Source: a virus
IMG/VR virus record: IMGVR_UViG_3300036860_000542
Span: 1-64,000 of that record
Strand: one strand, 5' to 3'
DNA length: 64,000 nucleotides
Shown: piece by piece, positions 19,732-29,654 of the stretch
Layout of the letters: every line of letters starts with the position of its first letter
How positions within the stretch are numbered: position 1 is the first letter of the stretch
Position numbers and translations under genes: made by a program
The notes under the pieces: model-generated
Database searches by the model: none
Seen by the model: only the letters and a program-made list of their open reading frames with translations
Told to the model about the DNA's origin: nothing

Positions 19732-20718
19732 TCATAACGACGCCTGCACACGCTCGATGATGGGGAGGACGTCGAGGACGCGCTTGAACCAGGTGTGGTT
19801 CTTGAGCACCTCTCCACGGCCAGCCCTGCCCATCGCCTTGGCCTTGTCGGGGTTGTCGAGGAGCCAACGTACTCTGGTGACCAACTGATCGTTGGTCCTA
19901 AAGAACAGGCAGTGGTCGCCGTCCTTGAACTCAGTCTCCAGGAGAGGGATGTGGTAGCAGACGATGGGCGTACCGCTCGCCATGGAGATGAGCTGGCGGT
20001 CGGAGTAGTAGAGCGGGATGTCGTTGAAGTTGGAGATGGAGACGCCCACCTTGGCGCGCTTCCACACGGAGACCTGATCCTTGACGTGGCAGGCACCCAC
20101 CGTGCGGATGTCACCCGGCCAGCCCATGCCGACGACTCCGTAGTCGAACCCTGCATCGCCTAGAGCCCGTAGGGCTCCCTCGCGTTGAGGGGTGCCCGGG
20201 AAGGCTCCCCCGTAGTGGTTCCCGATCATGACGACGTCGGGGACCCGGAAGGGCGGCTTCCAGTTGCGCTCCTCCAGAACGTCTTCATGCCAGTCGAGAC
20301 CCATTTGCAGGTAGTGGACCTCGGGGGCGCCAGCCGCCTTGAAGAGCTCGGTCTGTCCGGCCGCCGCGATGAAAGAGACGTGAGTCGTCTTGCAGATCGA
20401 CGAGAGGTAGTCTGAGACGTCGGCTCTGCAGTCACCCATCCAGTGACTGAGCACCGTCTTCGGCGACCGTTGCTGGATCTCACGAAGTCCATCCGCCTCG
20501 ATGATGCCGGTGTTCTGGCACTGTAGCCACAACCAATCGGGCTGGAAGTTGACGACTTCTTCCACGAGCTGCCTGGTGATCTCGTGGGCGTTGAGGCCCC
20601 TGCGTTCGCGCTCGAAGTAGTCGAAGTGGCTCGTGTAGAAGAGCGACTCGAAGGCATGCATCATCCCCCGTTGGGGGTGGTCGTAGTTGATGGTTGCCGT
20701 GAGGACCTTCTTGATCAT
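19732..20718 (-). CDS. CgeB-like glycosyltransferase (GT-B)
   Basis: YYSDR....ASG...F.DG.H..F...L.....WLL.NP..A..MG..GR..VL..HTW. Confidence 0.8.
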   Translation of the reverse strand: MIKKVLTATINYDHPQRGMMHAFESLFYTSHFDYFERERRGLNAHEITRQLVEEVVNFQPDWLWLQCQNTGIIEADGLREIQQRSPKTVLSHWMGDCRADVSDYLSSICKTTHVSFIAAAGQTELFKAAGAPEVHYLQMGLDWHEDVLEERNWKPPFRVPDVVMIGNHYGGAFPGTPQREGALRALGDAGFDYGVVGMGWPGDIRTVGACHVKDQVSVWKRAKVGVSISNFNDIPLYYSDRQLISMASGTPIVCYHIPLLETEFKDGDHCLFFRTNDQLVTRVRWLLDNPDKAKAMGRAGRGEVLKNHTWFKRVLDVLPIIERVQASL

Positions 20719-21401
20719 CGAAGTACCTTTCTGGCGGCGTAGTCGCGTTGCATCATCTCCGCCCGGCCGACGATGTCGCCCCAGGGCGGTACGAAGACGT
20801 TCGGATCCTTCCGGCAGACGCCGAATCCGGTGTAGTGCAGCATGTCGAGCTTCTGCTTCTCCTCGGGGACGAGATCCCAGAAGACCTGCATCTCGCAGGT
20901 CGCCATGTCGAGCTCGAGATCGTCGAAGAAGATGAGACCACCAGGTCGGACGAACTGGCGATAGGCGACGTACTCACCGTAGGTTTGGTTGAAGTTGTGA
21001 AGGCCGTCGATGAAGAGCAGGTCGAAGTAGTTGTGAAGGTCTCGGTGCTCGCTAGCCCACACCATCGAATCCGCGGTCTCGGCCATGGCAGGAACCAGCT
21101 TTCCCTCCAGGGCGCGGTCGAGTTGCACTTTCGCGTCCGGGTTGATGTCGATGGTGCGCACGAAACCGCCATCGTTGGCGAAGGCGAGGTGCGCGGCTGA
21201 GGCTCCTAGGTTGGTCCCAATCTCCAGGACTGCCAGCGGGTAGAACTCTTGAACTAGTTCATGAAAGAACTGGTAGTAGAGACCGTCGTCCCCAGGATTG
21301 AGCGAACCGTTAGCCAACGTCTTCAGCCACTCAGGTCGATCGTCGGAGATCTTCGGTAGTAATTGGGCGATAGCAAGACAGTTGCCGATGGTTGGGATCA
21401 T
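20715..21401 (-). CDS. class I SAM methyltransferase (Methyltransf_24-like)
   Basis: VLEIGTNLGAS, DLLFIDGLH, VRPGGLIFFDD. Confidence 0.85.
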   Translation of the reverse strand: MIPTIGNCLAIAQLLPKISDDRPEWLKTLANGSLNPGDDGLYYQFFHELVQEFYPLAVLEIGTNLGASAAHLAFANDGGFVRTIDINPDAKVQLDRALEGKLVPAMAETADSMVWASEHRDLHNYFDLLFIDGLHNFNQTYGEYVAYRQFVRPGGLIFFDDLELDMATCEMQVFWDLVPEEKQKLDMLHYTGFGVCRKDPNVFVPPWGDIVGRAEMMQRDYAARKVLR

Positions 21402-21985
21402 GGCTTCTCCAGAACAAGGATGGCTGGGTAGACAATGGCACGCTTGGCACGACCGTCAAGAGCGTAGCCCTCTATGTGGGATCGCAGCTCTTGTGGTTGC
21501 AGAAAATCGTGATGCCAATCCTCGACGACGTAGAACCCACCCGGGTTCAGCATCTCCCAACACCGGTCTAGCGCTGGGAACACCGCCTTTGGTCCATGTC
21601 CACCGTCGTCGATGATGAGATCGAAGCAGCCGAGATCTCGAACACCCGGATCAGGCATGGTCATCCCGATCAGTCTGAAGGTGGTGTGGCAGCAATAGTA
21701 GTGAGCCTTGCACACCTCAGTGACTTGACCCAGATCGTTGTCGATTCCGACGATCTCGCTTGGGTGCCACAAGTGCGCCCACAGCGCAAGACTTCCTCCT
21801 CGACACACGCCGATCTCCAGAACTCGCATGGGAGCCAAAAAGATCTGCTCCAGGAACCGGTTCCAGGACTCGCGAACGATCTCGTCCTTTTGGTGCGCAA
21901 GTTCAGGGCCGCTGCCCGGAGCCCCGTTGGCCTTGAACTGGAGAACGTGACCGCACTCCAATTCCATCCGCGCTTCGATTTTCAC
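21398..21985 (-). CDS. SAM-dependent (sugar O-)methyltransferase
   Basis: VLEIGVCRGGSL, FDLIIDDGGH, LNPGGFYVVED; GTG start. Confidence 0.8.
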   Translation of the reverse strand: MKIEARMELECGHVLQFKANGAPGSGPELAHQKDEIVRESWNRFLEQIFLAPMRVLEIGVCRGGSLALWAHLWHPSEIVGIDNDLGQVTEVCKAHYYCCHTTFRLIGMTMPDPGVRDLGCFDLIIDDGGHGPKAVFPALDRCWEMLNPGGFYVVEDWHHDFLQPQELRSHIEGYALDGRAKRAIVYPAILVLEKP

Positions 21986-22716
21986 CCGATTACCTCCGTG
22001 CGAGCGTAAGGGTGATCATGGAGCGGAGCGATCTCGAACCCACGCCGTTCGGGGTTCCAGATGTCGATCGTGGTTGGGTGTACGTCCTTGTCTCCTGGCT
22101 TCCAGCCAATAAATTTTTCCTCGAGCCAGTTGGGACGGAGCTCAGCCTGGTGGCCGTGACAGGACCACTTGTACCGGGTGAGCGCGACCGACTGGGCGTA
22201 GCCGGCGTGGATCACTGGGTTGAGACCGCTCAGGAAGCCTTGGGGCCCGCTGTAGCCCACGTTGAGGACGCGGATTGGCATCCAGTGGTCCACGTTCACC
22301 CAGTTGAAACTCCTCCACAGATGAACCATGTTGACGCCGCACGTCCCCGACCAGGACTTGATGCCATCAGCCATCACGAAAGCCTTCTCCACTTGGCCTG
22401 GCTGCCAGATCTCGTCGGCGTCCACCACCAGGACCTGGCTGGCACCCACCGTCTCGGCGACCTTGTAGATCGCGTTGCGATGGTCACCCTCCGACGTCCA
22501 ATGTCCTCGATGCCACACGATGGGGATGGAGGAGAAGCGGTGGGCTTCCGCGAACAACTCCTCCTCGCTGTCGGGACAGGTCATGTTCGTCGGGTGACCG
22601 TAGCTCGGACGCTCGGTGTACAGGACATGGAACTGGTCCACGGACTCCTGCACCGAGCGGACGGCCCACGCCAGGTACTCTTTGCCGTAGTGCAGAGCGC
22701 AATACGCGATCCTCAT
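21982..22716 (-). CDS. GT-A (family 2-like) glycosyltransferase
   Basis: YLAWAVRS.., RN, VLVVDADE DxD motif, IHAGY. Confidence 0.7.
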   Translation of the reverse strand: MRIAYCALHYGKEYLAWAVRSVQESVDQFHVLYTERPSYGHPTNMTCPDSEEELFAEAHRFSSIPIVWHRGHWTSEGDHRNAIYKVAETVGASQVLVVDADEIWQPGQVEKAFVMADGIKSWSGTCGVNMVHLWRSFNWVNVDHWMPIRVLNVGYSGPQGFLSGLNPVIHAGYAQSVALTRYKWSCHGHQAELRPNWLEEKFIGWKPGDKDVHPTTIDIWNPERRGFEIAPLHDHPYARTEVIG

Positions 22717-23537
22717 CTGATCTCCTTCAGCGCCTGCAGCGCTCCGTTCGGGAACTGGTGTTCGATGCAGAGGCGGTTGAAGAAGCTGTGACGCATCTGA
22801 TCGACGTTGCATGGAATATGACCCTGCACCGCCTGTTGACAGAACTCAGCGATGTCGTGGTAACCGATGCTGAGGAAGTCCACGCCAGGGATCAGCGGGA
22901 AGGGATCAGCGCAGTGCTCAGAGACGAACAGCGTCGAGAAGGCTGCTCCAACAGCGAAGCGCAACGGCTCGCCGATGAGCGCATCGGTCTGGTGGACGTT
23001 GAGAAACAGCTTGGAGCGAAGGAGGCCACCGGCCCGCTCGCTGCCCCAGGAGTTCGGCGCCAAGTCCAACCCTAACTGGTGGAGCCGCCCGTAGATGTGG
23101 TTCCGCCGACCGTTCACGTAGGAGTAGTGCGTGATGTCGTGAGCTCGCGTCTCGCTGGCTGGGATCAAGAGACCAGGATGACTGCCCATCACCACGAACT
23201 TCATGCGGGTGTCGAGGGTTTGGTAGTAGCGGTCGGCCACCCAGATTTCATCCACGTGCGTGAATGCCTCGGTGATGACCTCGTTGAAGTTGCCGGCATA
23301 CTCCCCGTCCGGTCGCTCGAGGTTCCACCACACGATCTTGGCTCGACGCGCCTTTGGGAGTTGGCGGCTCTTGAGCTCTCCGGTGATCGGAGTCGTCACG
23401 TAGATCGTGTCGGAGTTGATGTCGATCTCGTCCACGAAGCAGGTGGGGAGGCCAGCGAGCTCCACCATCTTCCAGAAGTCCTGATAGCTATCGTAGTGGT
23501 GTCGCGTCCGAGCGAACTTGAAGTTCATGCCAACCAC
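22713..23537 (-). CDS. putative glycosyltransferase (GT-B-like)
   Basis: RSKLFLNVH...EPLRF pattern; context between sugar genes. Confidence 0.55.
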   Translation of the reverse strand: MVGMNFKFARTRHHYDSYQDFWKMVELAGLPTCFVDEIDINSDTIYVTTPITGELKSRQLPKARRAKIVWWNLERPDGEYAGNFNEVITEAFTHVDEIWVADRYYQTLDTRMKFVVMGSHPGLLIPASETRAHDITHYSYVNGRRNHIYGRLHQLGLDLAPNSWGSERAGGLLRSKLFLNVHQTDALIGEPLRFAVGAAFSTLFVSEHCADPFPLIPGVDFLSIGYHDIAEFCQQAVQGHIPCNVDQMRHSFFNRLCIEHQFPNGALQALKEIR

Positions 23538-24544
23538 TCCGGGTTTTCCATGTACCAGGCCACGGTCTCGGCGAGCGACCTCTCGAGGTTGAGGGAGAAG
23601 TTGAAGCCCATGTTCTTCAGCACCGTCCCGTCCAGAGCGTAGCGCAGGTCATGACCAGGCCGGCTCGAGTGGAAGTCCACCATCTCGTACTTGAGCGGCT
23701 TGCCGACGAGCTTAGCGATCATCTGAGCCAGGGAGAGGTTGTCGATCTCACACTCGCCCACCAGGTTGACTTTGGTGCAGCGGGGGAGCTGCTTCTCGCA
23801 GTGCTTCTCGATCAGGAACTTGAGTGCCTGGCCCACGTTGCGGGCGTAGAGATAGAAGCGACTGCCCGCCTTCGCACAGGCGGCGTCGGCATGAACGGTG
23901 AGGACGTACTCGCGTAGCACGCAGGCGATGACCTTCGGGATGAACTTCTCGGCATGCTGTCTCTCGCCGAAGACGTTCATCGTGTGAGTGCAGAGCATGG
24001 CCAGATCGTAGGTGTTGGAGAAGGCGACGGCCATCTCCTCGGCACCGGCTTTGCTGGCGGCGTAGGGGTTGCCGCTGTTGTAGCGGTCCCACTCGCGGTA
24101 GGCGGTTCCTTCAGGCGCCGGTCCGAAGATCTCGTCCGTGCCGAAGTGGATGAAGAGCGGGTGCTTGCGTATGGAGGACATCATCATCTTGCGTGCTTTG
24201 GTCCACTCGAGGAGGTTGGTCGTCCCGACGACGTTGTCCATGACGAAGGACATCGGATCGATGATAGACCGATCCACGTGGGTCGAGGCAGCCATGTGGA
24301 GGATGACGTCCACGTGGCCGATGGCGCGATCGACCGTCGGGTTGATTGCGGCTCGCAAGTCGTGCCAGACGAACTTCACCCGGTTGGCATGCTCCTTCCA
24401 GTGCGGGATGTCGCGCAGTCGATGCAGGGTGCTGGTCGCGTCGATGCGATCGAGGCCGACGAGCTCCCAGTTGGTCTCGTCGAGGAAGAGGGAAGCCACG
24501 TGATGACCGATGAAGCCATTCATGCCCGTGATCAGGACTCGCAT
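23525..24544 (-). CDS. NDP-glucose 4,6-dehydratase (RmlB-like)
   Basis: ITGMNGFIG, HMAASTHVDRSI, TDEIFG, PYAASK, RPGHDLRYALD. Confidence 0.88.
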   Translation of the reverse strand: MRVLITGMNGFIGHHVASLFLDETNWELVGLDRIDATSTLHRLRDIPHWKEHANRVKFVWHDLRAAINPTVDRAIGHVDVILHMAASTHVDRSIIDPMSFVMDNVVGTTNLLEWTKARKMMMSSIRKHPLFIHFGTDEIFGPAPEGTAYREWDRYNSGNPYAASKAGAEEMAVAFSNTYDLAMLCTHTMNVFGERQHAEKFIPKVIACVLREYVLTVHADAACAKAGSRFYLYARNVGQALKFLIEKHCEKQLPRCTKVNLVGECEIDNLSLAQMIAKLVGKPLKYEMVDFHSSRPGHDLRYALDGTVLKNMGFNFSLNLERSLAETVAWYMENPEWLA

Positions 24545-24552
24545 GCGTTCTC

Positions 24553-24858
24553 CTAGTAGAGGCAAGGGTCCCACTTGGGACAACCCTCGCGACAGTTTCC
24601 CTCTCGCACCGTCTTGTCGGTCTTCAGGATCTCGAGGCAGCGCTCCGCGGCCTCCAGGCACGTCTCTCCATGGCCTGTGACGTCGCGTGTAACACCGGTA
24701 CCTGGGTGAAAGTGATAGTCGCGCAACCACACACGCCACGAGCCGCTACCGAAGCACTCAGCGGTGACGTGATGGCCGACGATCCTCATGATTTCGTTCA
24801 TCACCTCGTTGAGGCGATCCTGCTCCTTGCGCGTCGCAAGTCCACGATGGCGGCTCAT
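24553..24858 (-). CDS. hypothetical protein
   Basis: ORF packed in operon. Confidence 0.5.
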   Translation of the reverse strand: MSRHRGLATRKEQDRLNEVMNEIMRIVGHHVTAECFGSGSWRVWLRDYHFHPGTGVTRDVTGHGETCLEAAERCLEILKTDKTVREGNCREGCPKWDPCLY

Positions 24859-25051
24859 GCGATTTTCACCAGGGCCCGACGAAGCTCCTGAAGCAGACCT
24901 GGGGTTAGTTCCACCGATGCTTCCGGGAAACTCGCAGAATCGGGCAGCACTCTGCGGTCCCTGATGCGCACTTCGAATCGGCCGTCTTTCACTGCCACGA
25001 TGCAGAACTCTGCACCGTCCACGTGGTACTGAAGAATCGTTTCACGCTTCG

Positions 25052-25756
25052 TCATGCTGGCACCTTCTCCCAGGCACCGCCCCACCTCTGCTGGAAGAGG
25101 TAGGAGTCGGTCTGCCCGTCGTTGTTCTTGATGCGGAGGCTGTCTTGCGCGTTGAGGTCGTGGACCTGCAGGTTGAAGGCTGGGAAGACCTCCCACTTCA
25201 GAACATGCAGCCAGCATCCGAACTCGGTGTCGCCGCCGTAGGTCCTGTAGATCGGGTTCCAGAACTTGCAGCCGGTAGGATCACCCTGGCGCTTCGCCAC
25301 CTGCATGCCGGCCTCCGTTCTGATCATCCCGAAGTTGGCATAGATTCGACCGTTCCATCGGTCGAAGTCGTAGCCGCCGCGGAGGTCGAACGCGAAGGCC
25401 ACCTCACCGATCTTCGGGTCGCTGTCGATGAGCGCACGCGCTCTCTCGAGCATGTCCGGCGTGACGAGCTCAGCGTCGTCGTTCAGATGCACCACGTACT
25501 GGTAGCCGTTCTTGACGGCGTACTCGAAGCCAAGGTTGAAGGCGTTGACGGCACCCTGCAGGCCCGGGTTCTCCCAGATGTAGTCGCAGTCTCCCTGCTC
25601 GTCGAGCCACTCCATGGTGCCGTCGGTCGAACCGCCGTCCACCGCGATGATGTCGTAGAAGCTGGTGCCGGCGTTCTTGCGGATCGACGCCACGCACTGC
25701 TTCAAGTAGGAGAGCCGGTTGTAGGTTCCGAACACGATCGCGATGCGGGGAATCAT
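25052..25756 (-). CDS. family 2 glycosyltransferase
   Basis: TYNR..L..C..S, VDGGSTDGT, LNDD, YGGDTEF. Confidence 0.88.
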   Translation of the reverse strand: MIPRIAIVFGTYNRLSYLKQCVASIRKNAGTSFYDIIAVDGGSTDGTMEWLDEQGDCDYIWENPGLQGAVNAFNLGFEYAVKNGYQYVVHLNDDAELVTPDMLERARALIDSDPKIGEVAFAFDLRGGYDFDRWNGRIYANFGMIRTEAGMQVAKRQGDPTGCKFWNPIYRTYGGDTEFGCWLHVLKWEVFPAFNLQVHDLNAQDSLRIKNNDGQTDSYLFQQRWGGAWEKVPA

Positions 25757-26149
25757 GCTTGCCCCTTTGCAGGTTGGCCTTGATGGAGAAGCTGGTCGAT
25801 CTGCCTCAGATCCGCCGCCGTGAGTTGTTGGAACTCACGGGCGGTGGCTACCAACTTCTCCACGATGAGGATGTCGGCGTCGATTCGCTTCTGAAGCTTC
25901 TTCTGCAGGTGGATCTCGTAGGCCCACAAGCCCACGAGCGCGATGTTGGTGGCGAGAAGGACCCACAGGAGCGTCATGGCAGCGGCCTCTCTGCGCAGTC
26001 CACGGTGTATATCTCGTCCGGGCTGCCTGCACCTGCGCATCCCGGCGGGTGTCGGACCACGAGACAACGATCGCCTTGGCGGAGGATCTCGACTTTCGCT
26101 TCTGTGCAGCTCAACGCGAAGAGGAGTCCGACCAACCACTGCCACCGTT

Positions 26150-26569
26150 TCATGACGGCGTCTCGTAGTCGGGGAAGCCGAAGAAGCTGCACGTGGCGAT
26201 GTACGCCTTCTTCTGGTTCTGATGCTTCTGCAGCTCCTCGAAGTAGTGCTCGATGAAGCCGGGAACGAGCGGTGTCTCGCCGTCGTCCGTCCTTCCGAAG
26301 TAGGAATGCCCCGGTGGTAGCGGGAACTCCTCCGGGGTGAGATCGAAACCAGCCGCCAGCTTGGCTCGTGCCTCCTCGACCTCGTCCTTGATCGGGTCTT
26401 CAGAGATGAAGACACTTGGCTCCTGGATCAGCACCGTCGTCGTGTGGTGCTCGAGCTCGTGCAGGCCGATGGCGTCCTTGACGATCTCGTGCAGGGTTCT
26501 GAATTGGGCCTCGGTGAACGCCCGCTTGCCACCCTTTCGCTTCGTCTTCGCTGGATTGCGCTTCTTCAT
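26150..26569 (-). CDS. hypothetical protein with basic MKKRNP leader
   Basis: AAGGA SD; ATGA overlap with upstream stop. Confidence 0.6.
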   Translation of the reverse strand: MKKRNPAKTKRKGGKRAFTEAQFRTLHEIVKDAIGLHELEHHTTTVLIQEPSVFISEDPIKDEVEEARAKLAAGFDLTPEEFPLPPGHSYFGRTDDGETPLVPGFIEHYFEELQKHQNQKKAYIATCSFFGFPDYETPS

Positions 26570-26763
26570 GCGAGTCCTTCCTTCTCGGCGAACCACTCGT
26601 GTACAACGAGCTTGCCTTCGTGGCCGACGGCGTAGACCTCGGAGTCGTCATCCACCACCGACTTGGGAACCCAGAACTCGTTTCCGTCGATGATGCAGAG
26701 GAGAGCGCGCTCGGTCTCCTTCACGCACTCGACGTCCTCGAGCGTGATCGTGGAACGCGGCAT
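26566..26763 (-). CDS. conserved small phage protein
   Basis: ETERA.L......WVPKS.......W.A.KEG pattern. Confidence 0.65.
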   Translation of the reverse strand: MPRSTITLEDVECVKETERALLCIIDGNEFWVPKSVVDDDSEVYAVGHEGKLVVHEWFAEKEGLA

Positions 26764-27622
26764 CTACCACCTCACCTTCAGACCGTGCTTCTCTTCCAGG
26801 TGCATGCGGACGTAACTGGGCGGGCCGGTCGTGTTGTTGTGGAGGACGTCACCGCAGTCCTCGCAGAGAACATGGTAGCGGCGGCGGCCCGTGTGGAAGC
26901 CTTCACCCTTGGCTGGCGAGATGGAGAATAGGACGCCGGACACGACGACGTCGCAAGTCACGCCGGCTTTGGGGCCGTTGTGGCCGTAGATGTCGTCCGG
27001 TCGCGGCCAGGGGAAGGGCCAGTCGATGCGTTTCGTGTCGGGCGGATCGACGTATCCAGACACGGTCGTCTCCTTCTGCATGAGACAGGTGCAGCCCATC
27101 GGCACGAAGGAGTGACCCTCGTCGAGTGGACTCCCGTGCCTCTTGCGACTTCCACCGCACCCGCAGGTGTCGGGGTCGATCACCTGCAGGCAGCCACGAC
27201 AGAGGATCTCGGTGTGACGTTCCTGGTCCATCACTTCCTCTTCAGGAGCCGCTGTATCGCGGTCCAGCAGAAGTCGCAGAGGTCTCCGAAGGCTCCGTGG
27301 TCGGTAGGAGGTGCGTGCGCGGCGCCTGCGTGACATTTCAGCATTCCTTCATCTCCTTCAGCCAACGAGCGACGTCATCCTTCGTCACCTCGAACAGATC
27401 GGTGCTCCACTCGCCCGTCCAGGCGACGAGGAAGACGGCGCCAGAGTCCATGTCCTGTGCGGCACGACGCAGGACTTCGAGTTTGTCACCCTTGTTCTTG
27501 ACGAAGTGGAGGAGACCGTCCTTCACACGTCCGAGGGTCACCCTTCTATCCCAGAACGGGCTGTTGTTGGCATCCGTTCGTGCGTGTCTCCACCCCATGT
27601 ACACCCCTTCCTTATATGTACA

Positions 27623-28582
27623 TCACTTCTTCTTGGGGTTCAACAACTCAACGGCCTTCTGCTTGGCCGCCTCCCCCCGCTTGTCGTAGATCCGCGTCGT
27701 TTCGATAGAAGCGTGTCCCATCAGGTCTGCTACCACGTTCAGGTCGGCGCCCTTGTCGAGCAGGTGCGTAGCGAAGCTGCGACGCAGGTCATGGGGTGTG
27801 AATTCGGTCACACCGGATGCACGACGCAGCTCGTAGAGGACGTGGTTGACCCCCACCAGACCGAGTCGGCGGTTCAGTGCCTTGGACTTCGCGTAGCGGA
27901 CGAACAGAGGACCCGCGTCGCGTTGTGCGATCAGCTGTTCGACCTGCTTGCGCCAGCCGCTGGGCACGTAGACGGTTCTGTACTTGCCCCCCTTGCCGCG
28001 GATCTGTAGGCCGCCGGTCTTCTTCTCGTAGTCCTCGACGTCCAAAGCGGGCACTTCCGCCCGACGCAGCCCGGCCGCGTACATTAGGACGATGAGAGCG
28101 GCGTCTCGAACGCCCGCGGGGCCTGTGCAGGCTGCTAGAAGCCGGTCGATCTCGTCTTCAGACAGCGAACGTCCGGCCTCCGGCATGGTGCTGTGCGCCA
28201 TCGACTTGACGTCGATCGCCTGCATGTACGTCTCGGCCTTTAGTTGCCCCATCCGCCAGGCTTCACGGAGAACCCCACGTACCGCGGATAGGCTCCGGTT
28301 GACGGAGCGGGGGCTGTAGCGCTCGATCAGGCGCGCTCGTAGGGCCTGCACGTGTTGTCGGCGAAGCTTCGTCCACGGCAACGTGAACGCATCGGCCTGG
28401 GGCTCGAGGATCCTGGCCACCGCGTGCAGGGCGGAGAGCATGGAGGCGCGTCCAGAGGGGGCCAGGGAAGCTAGGTAGACGGCGACGGGCTGCGCGGTGA
28501 CAGGCATAGCCGCTTCTACCCGTACGAGACCCTTCTCACGCCGCATAGAAGGAGTATAGCGCGGTATAGAATAGGCATTCAA
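27623..28582 (-). CDS. tyrosine recombinase (integrase/resolvase)
   Basis: RDAAL...GLRRAE, GKGGK, HDLRR, GHASIETTRIY catalytic set; true start probably downstream (near 28545). Confidence 0.92.
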   Translation of the reverse strand: MNAYSIPRYTPSMRREKGLVRVEAAMPVTAQPVAVYLASLAPSGRASMLSALHAVARILEPQADAFTLPWTKLRRQHVQALRARLIERYSPRSVNRSLSAVRGVLREAWRMGQLKAETYMQAIDVKSMAHSTMPEAGRSLSEDEIDRLLAACTGPAGVRDAALIVLMYAAGLRRAEVPALDVEDYEKKTGGLQIRGKGGKYRTVYVPSGWRKQVEQLIAQRDAGPLFVRYAKSKALNRRLGLVGVNHVLYELRRASGVTEFTPHDLRRSFATHLLDKGADLNVVADLMGHASIETTRIYDKRGEAAKQKAVELLNPKKK

Positions 28583-28685
28583 GCAAGTGCTAACTAATTG
28601 AAATCATTAAGGATTTCGTCCACTTCGAGATCCCCTCTGGCGATCGCAACTTGACCCTGTACATCGACTCCTGCAACATCGTTGC

Positions 28686-29654
28686 ATGAACGATCTGCAG
28701 GGGCGGATCCTGATCACCGGGGCCAAAGGTTTCTTGGGCTCCCATCTAGTACGAGCCTTCCTGGACACCCCGATCTACCGCGCAGCGGCCAACGAAGGGG
28801 TGATCGAAGGCCTTCTCACCCCCCACCATGAGGATCTGGATCTTCTAACCCAAGCGGACGTGTACGACTACTTCTCAGAGCACAGACCCGACGTCGTATT
28901 TCACCTTGCCGCGAACGTCGGCGGCATCGGGGCGAACCGGAGACGCCCTGGTGCCTTCTTCTACGACAACATGATGATGGGCTTGAACGTGATCGACGCC
29001 TGCAGGGCCTTCAGGGCACGCAAGGTGATCGTCGTGGGCACCGTGTGCAGCTACCCGAAGATTCCGCCGCGCATCCCGTTCCTGGAGGAAGACTTCTGGG
29101 AGGGCTATCCCGAGCCCACCAACGCGCCCTACGGCATCGCGAAGAAAGCTCTCCTGGTGATGGGACAGGCGTACCGTGAGGAATACGACCTTAATGTCAT
29201 CCACGTGGTGCCCACCAACCTGTACGGCTCAGGCGACGACTTCGACGATGACACCTCCCACGTCATCCCGGCGCTGATCAAGAAGATCCTCGCGGCGCAG
29301 AAGGCAGGAGAGGACCATATCGTCGTCTGGGGCGATGGGTCGCCGACTCGAGAGTTCTTGTACGTCGAGGACTGCGTGCGCGGTCTTCTCACCGCCGCGG
29401 AGTTCTACAGCGACTACATGCCTCTGAACCTCGGCAGCGGCCAGGAGATATCCATTCTCAACCTCGTAACGCTGATCGCCAACACGGTGGGTTGGCAGGG
29501 CAATGTCTGGTGGAACAAGGAGATGCCGAACGGGCAGCCACGGCGGGCCGTGGACAGCAGCGTCGCCTACTCGATGGGATGGAAGCCGCGCATGCACCTT
29601 CACGAAGGCATTCGTCTCACGATCGATTGGTACCAGAACGGGGGTGAGCTGTGA
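28686..29654 (+). CDS. fcl: GDP-L-fucose synthase
   Basis: HLAANVGGIGAN, VCSYPK, YGIAK, PTNLYG, SHVIPAL, WGDGSPTREFLYV, PNGQPRR. Confidence 0.93.
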   Translation: MNDLQGRILITGAKGFLGSHLVRAFLDTPIYRAAANEGVIEGLLTPHHEDLDLLTQADVYDYFSEHRPDVVFHLAANVGGIGANRRRPGAFFYDNMMMGLNVIDACRAFRARKVIVVGTVCSYPKIPPRIPFLEEDFWEGYPEPTNAPYGIAKKALLVMGQAYREEYDLNVIHVVPTNLYGSGDDFDDDTSHVIPALIKKILAAQKAGEDHIVVWGDGSPTREFLYVEDCVRGLLTAAEFYSDYMPLNLGSGQEISILNLVTLIANTVGWQGNVWWNKEMPNGQPRRAVDSSVAYSMGWKPRMHLHEGIRLTIDWYQNGGEL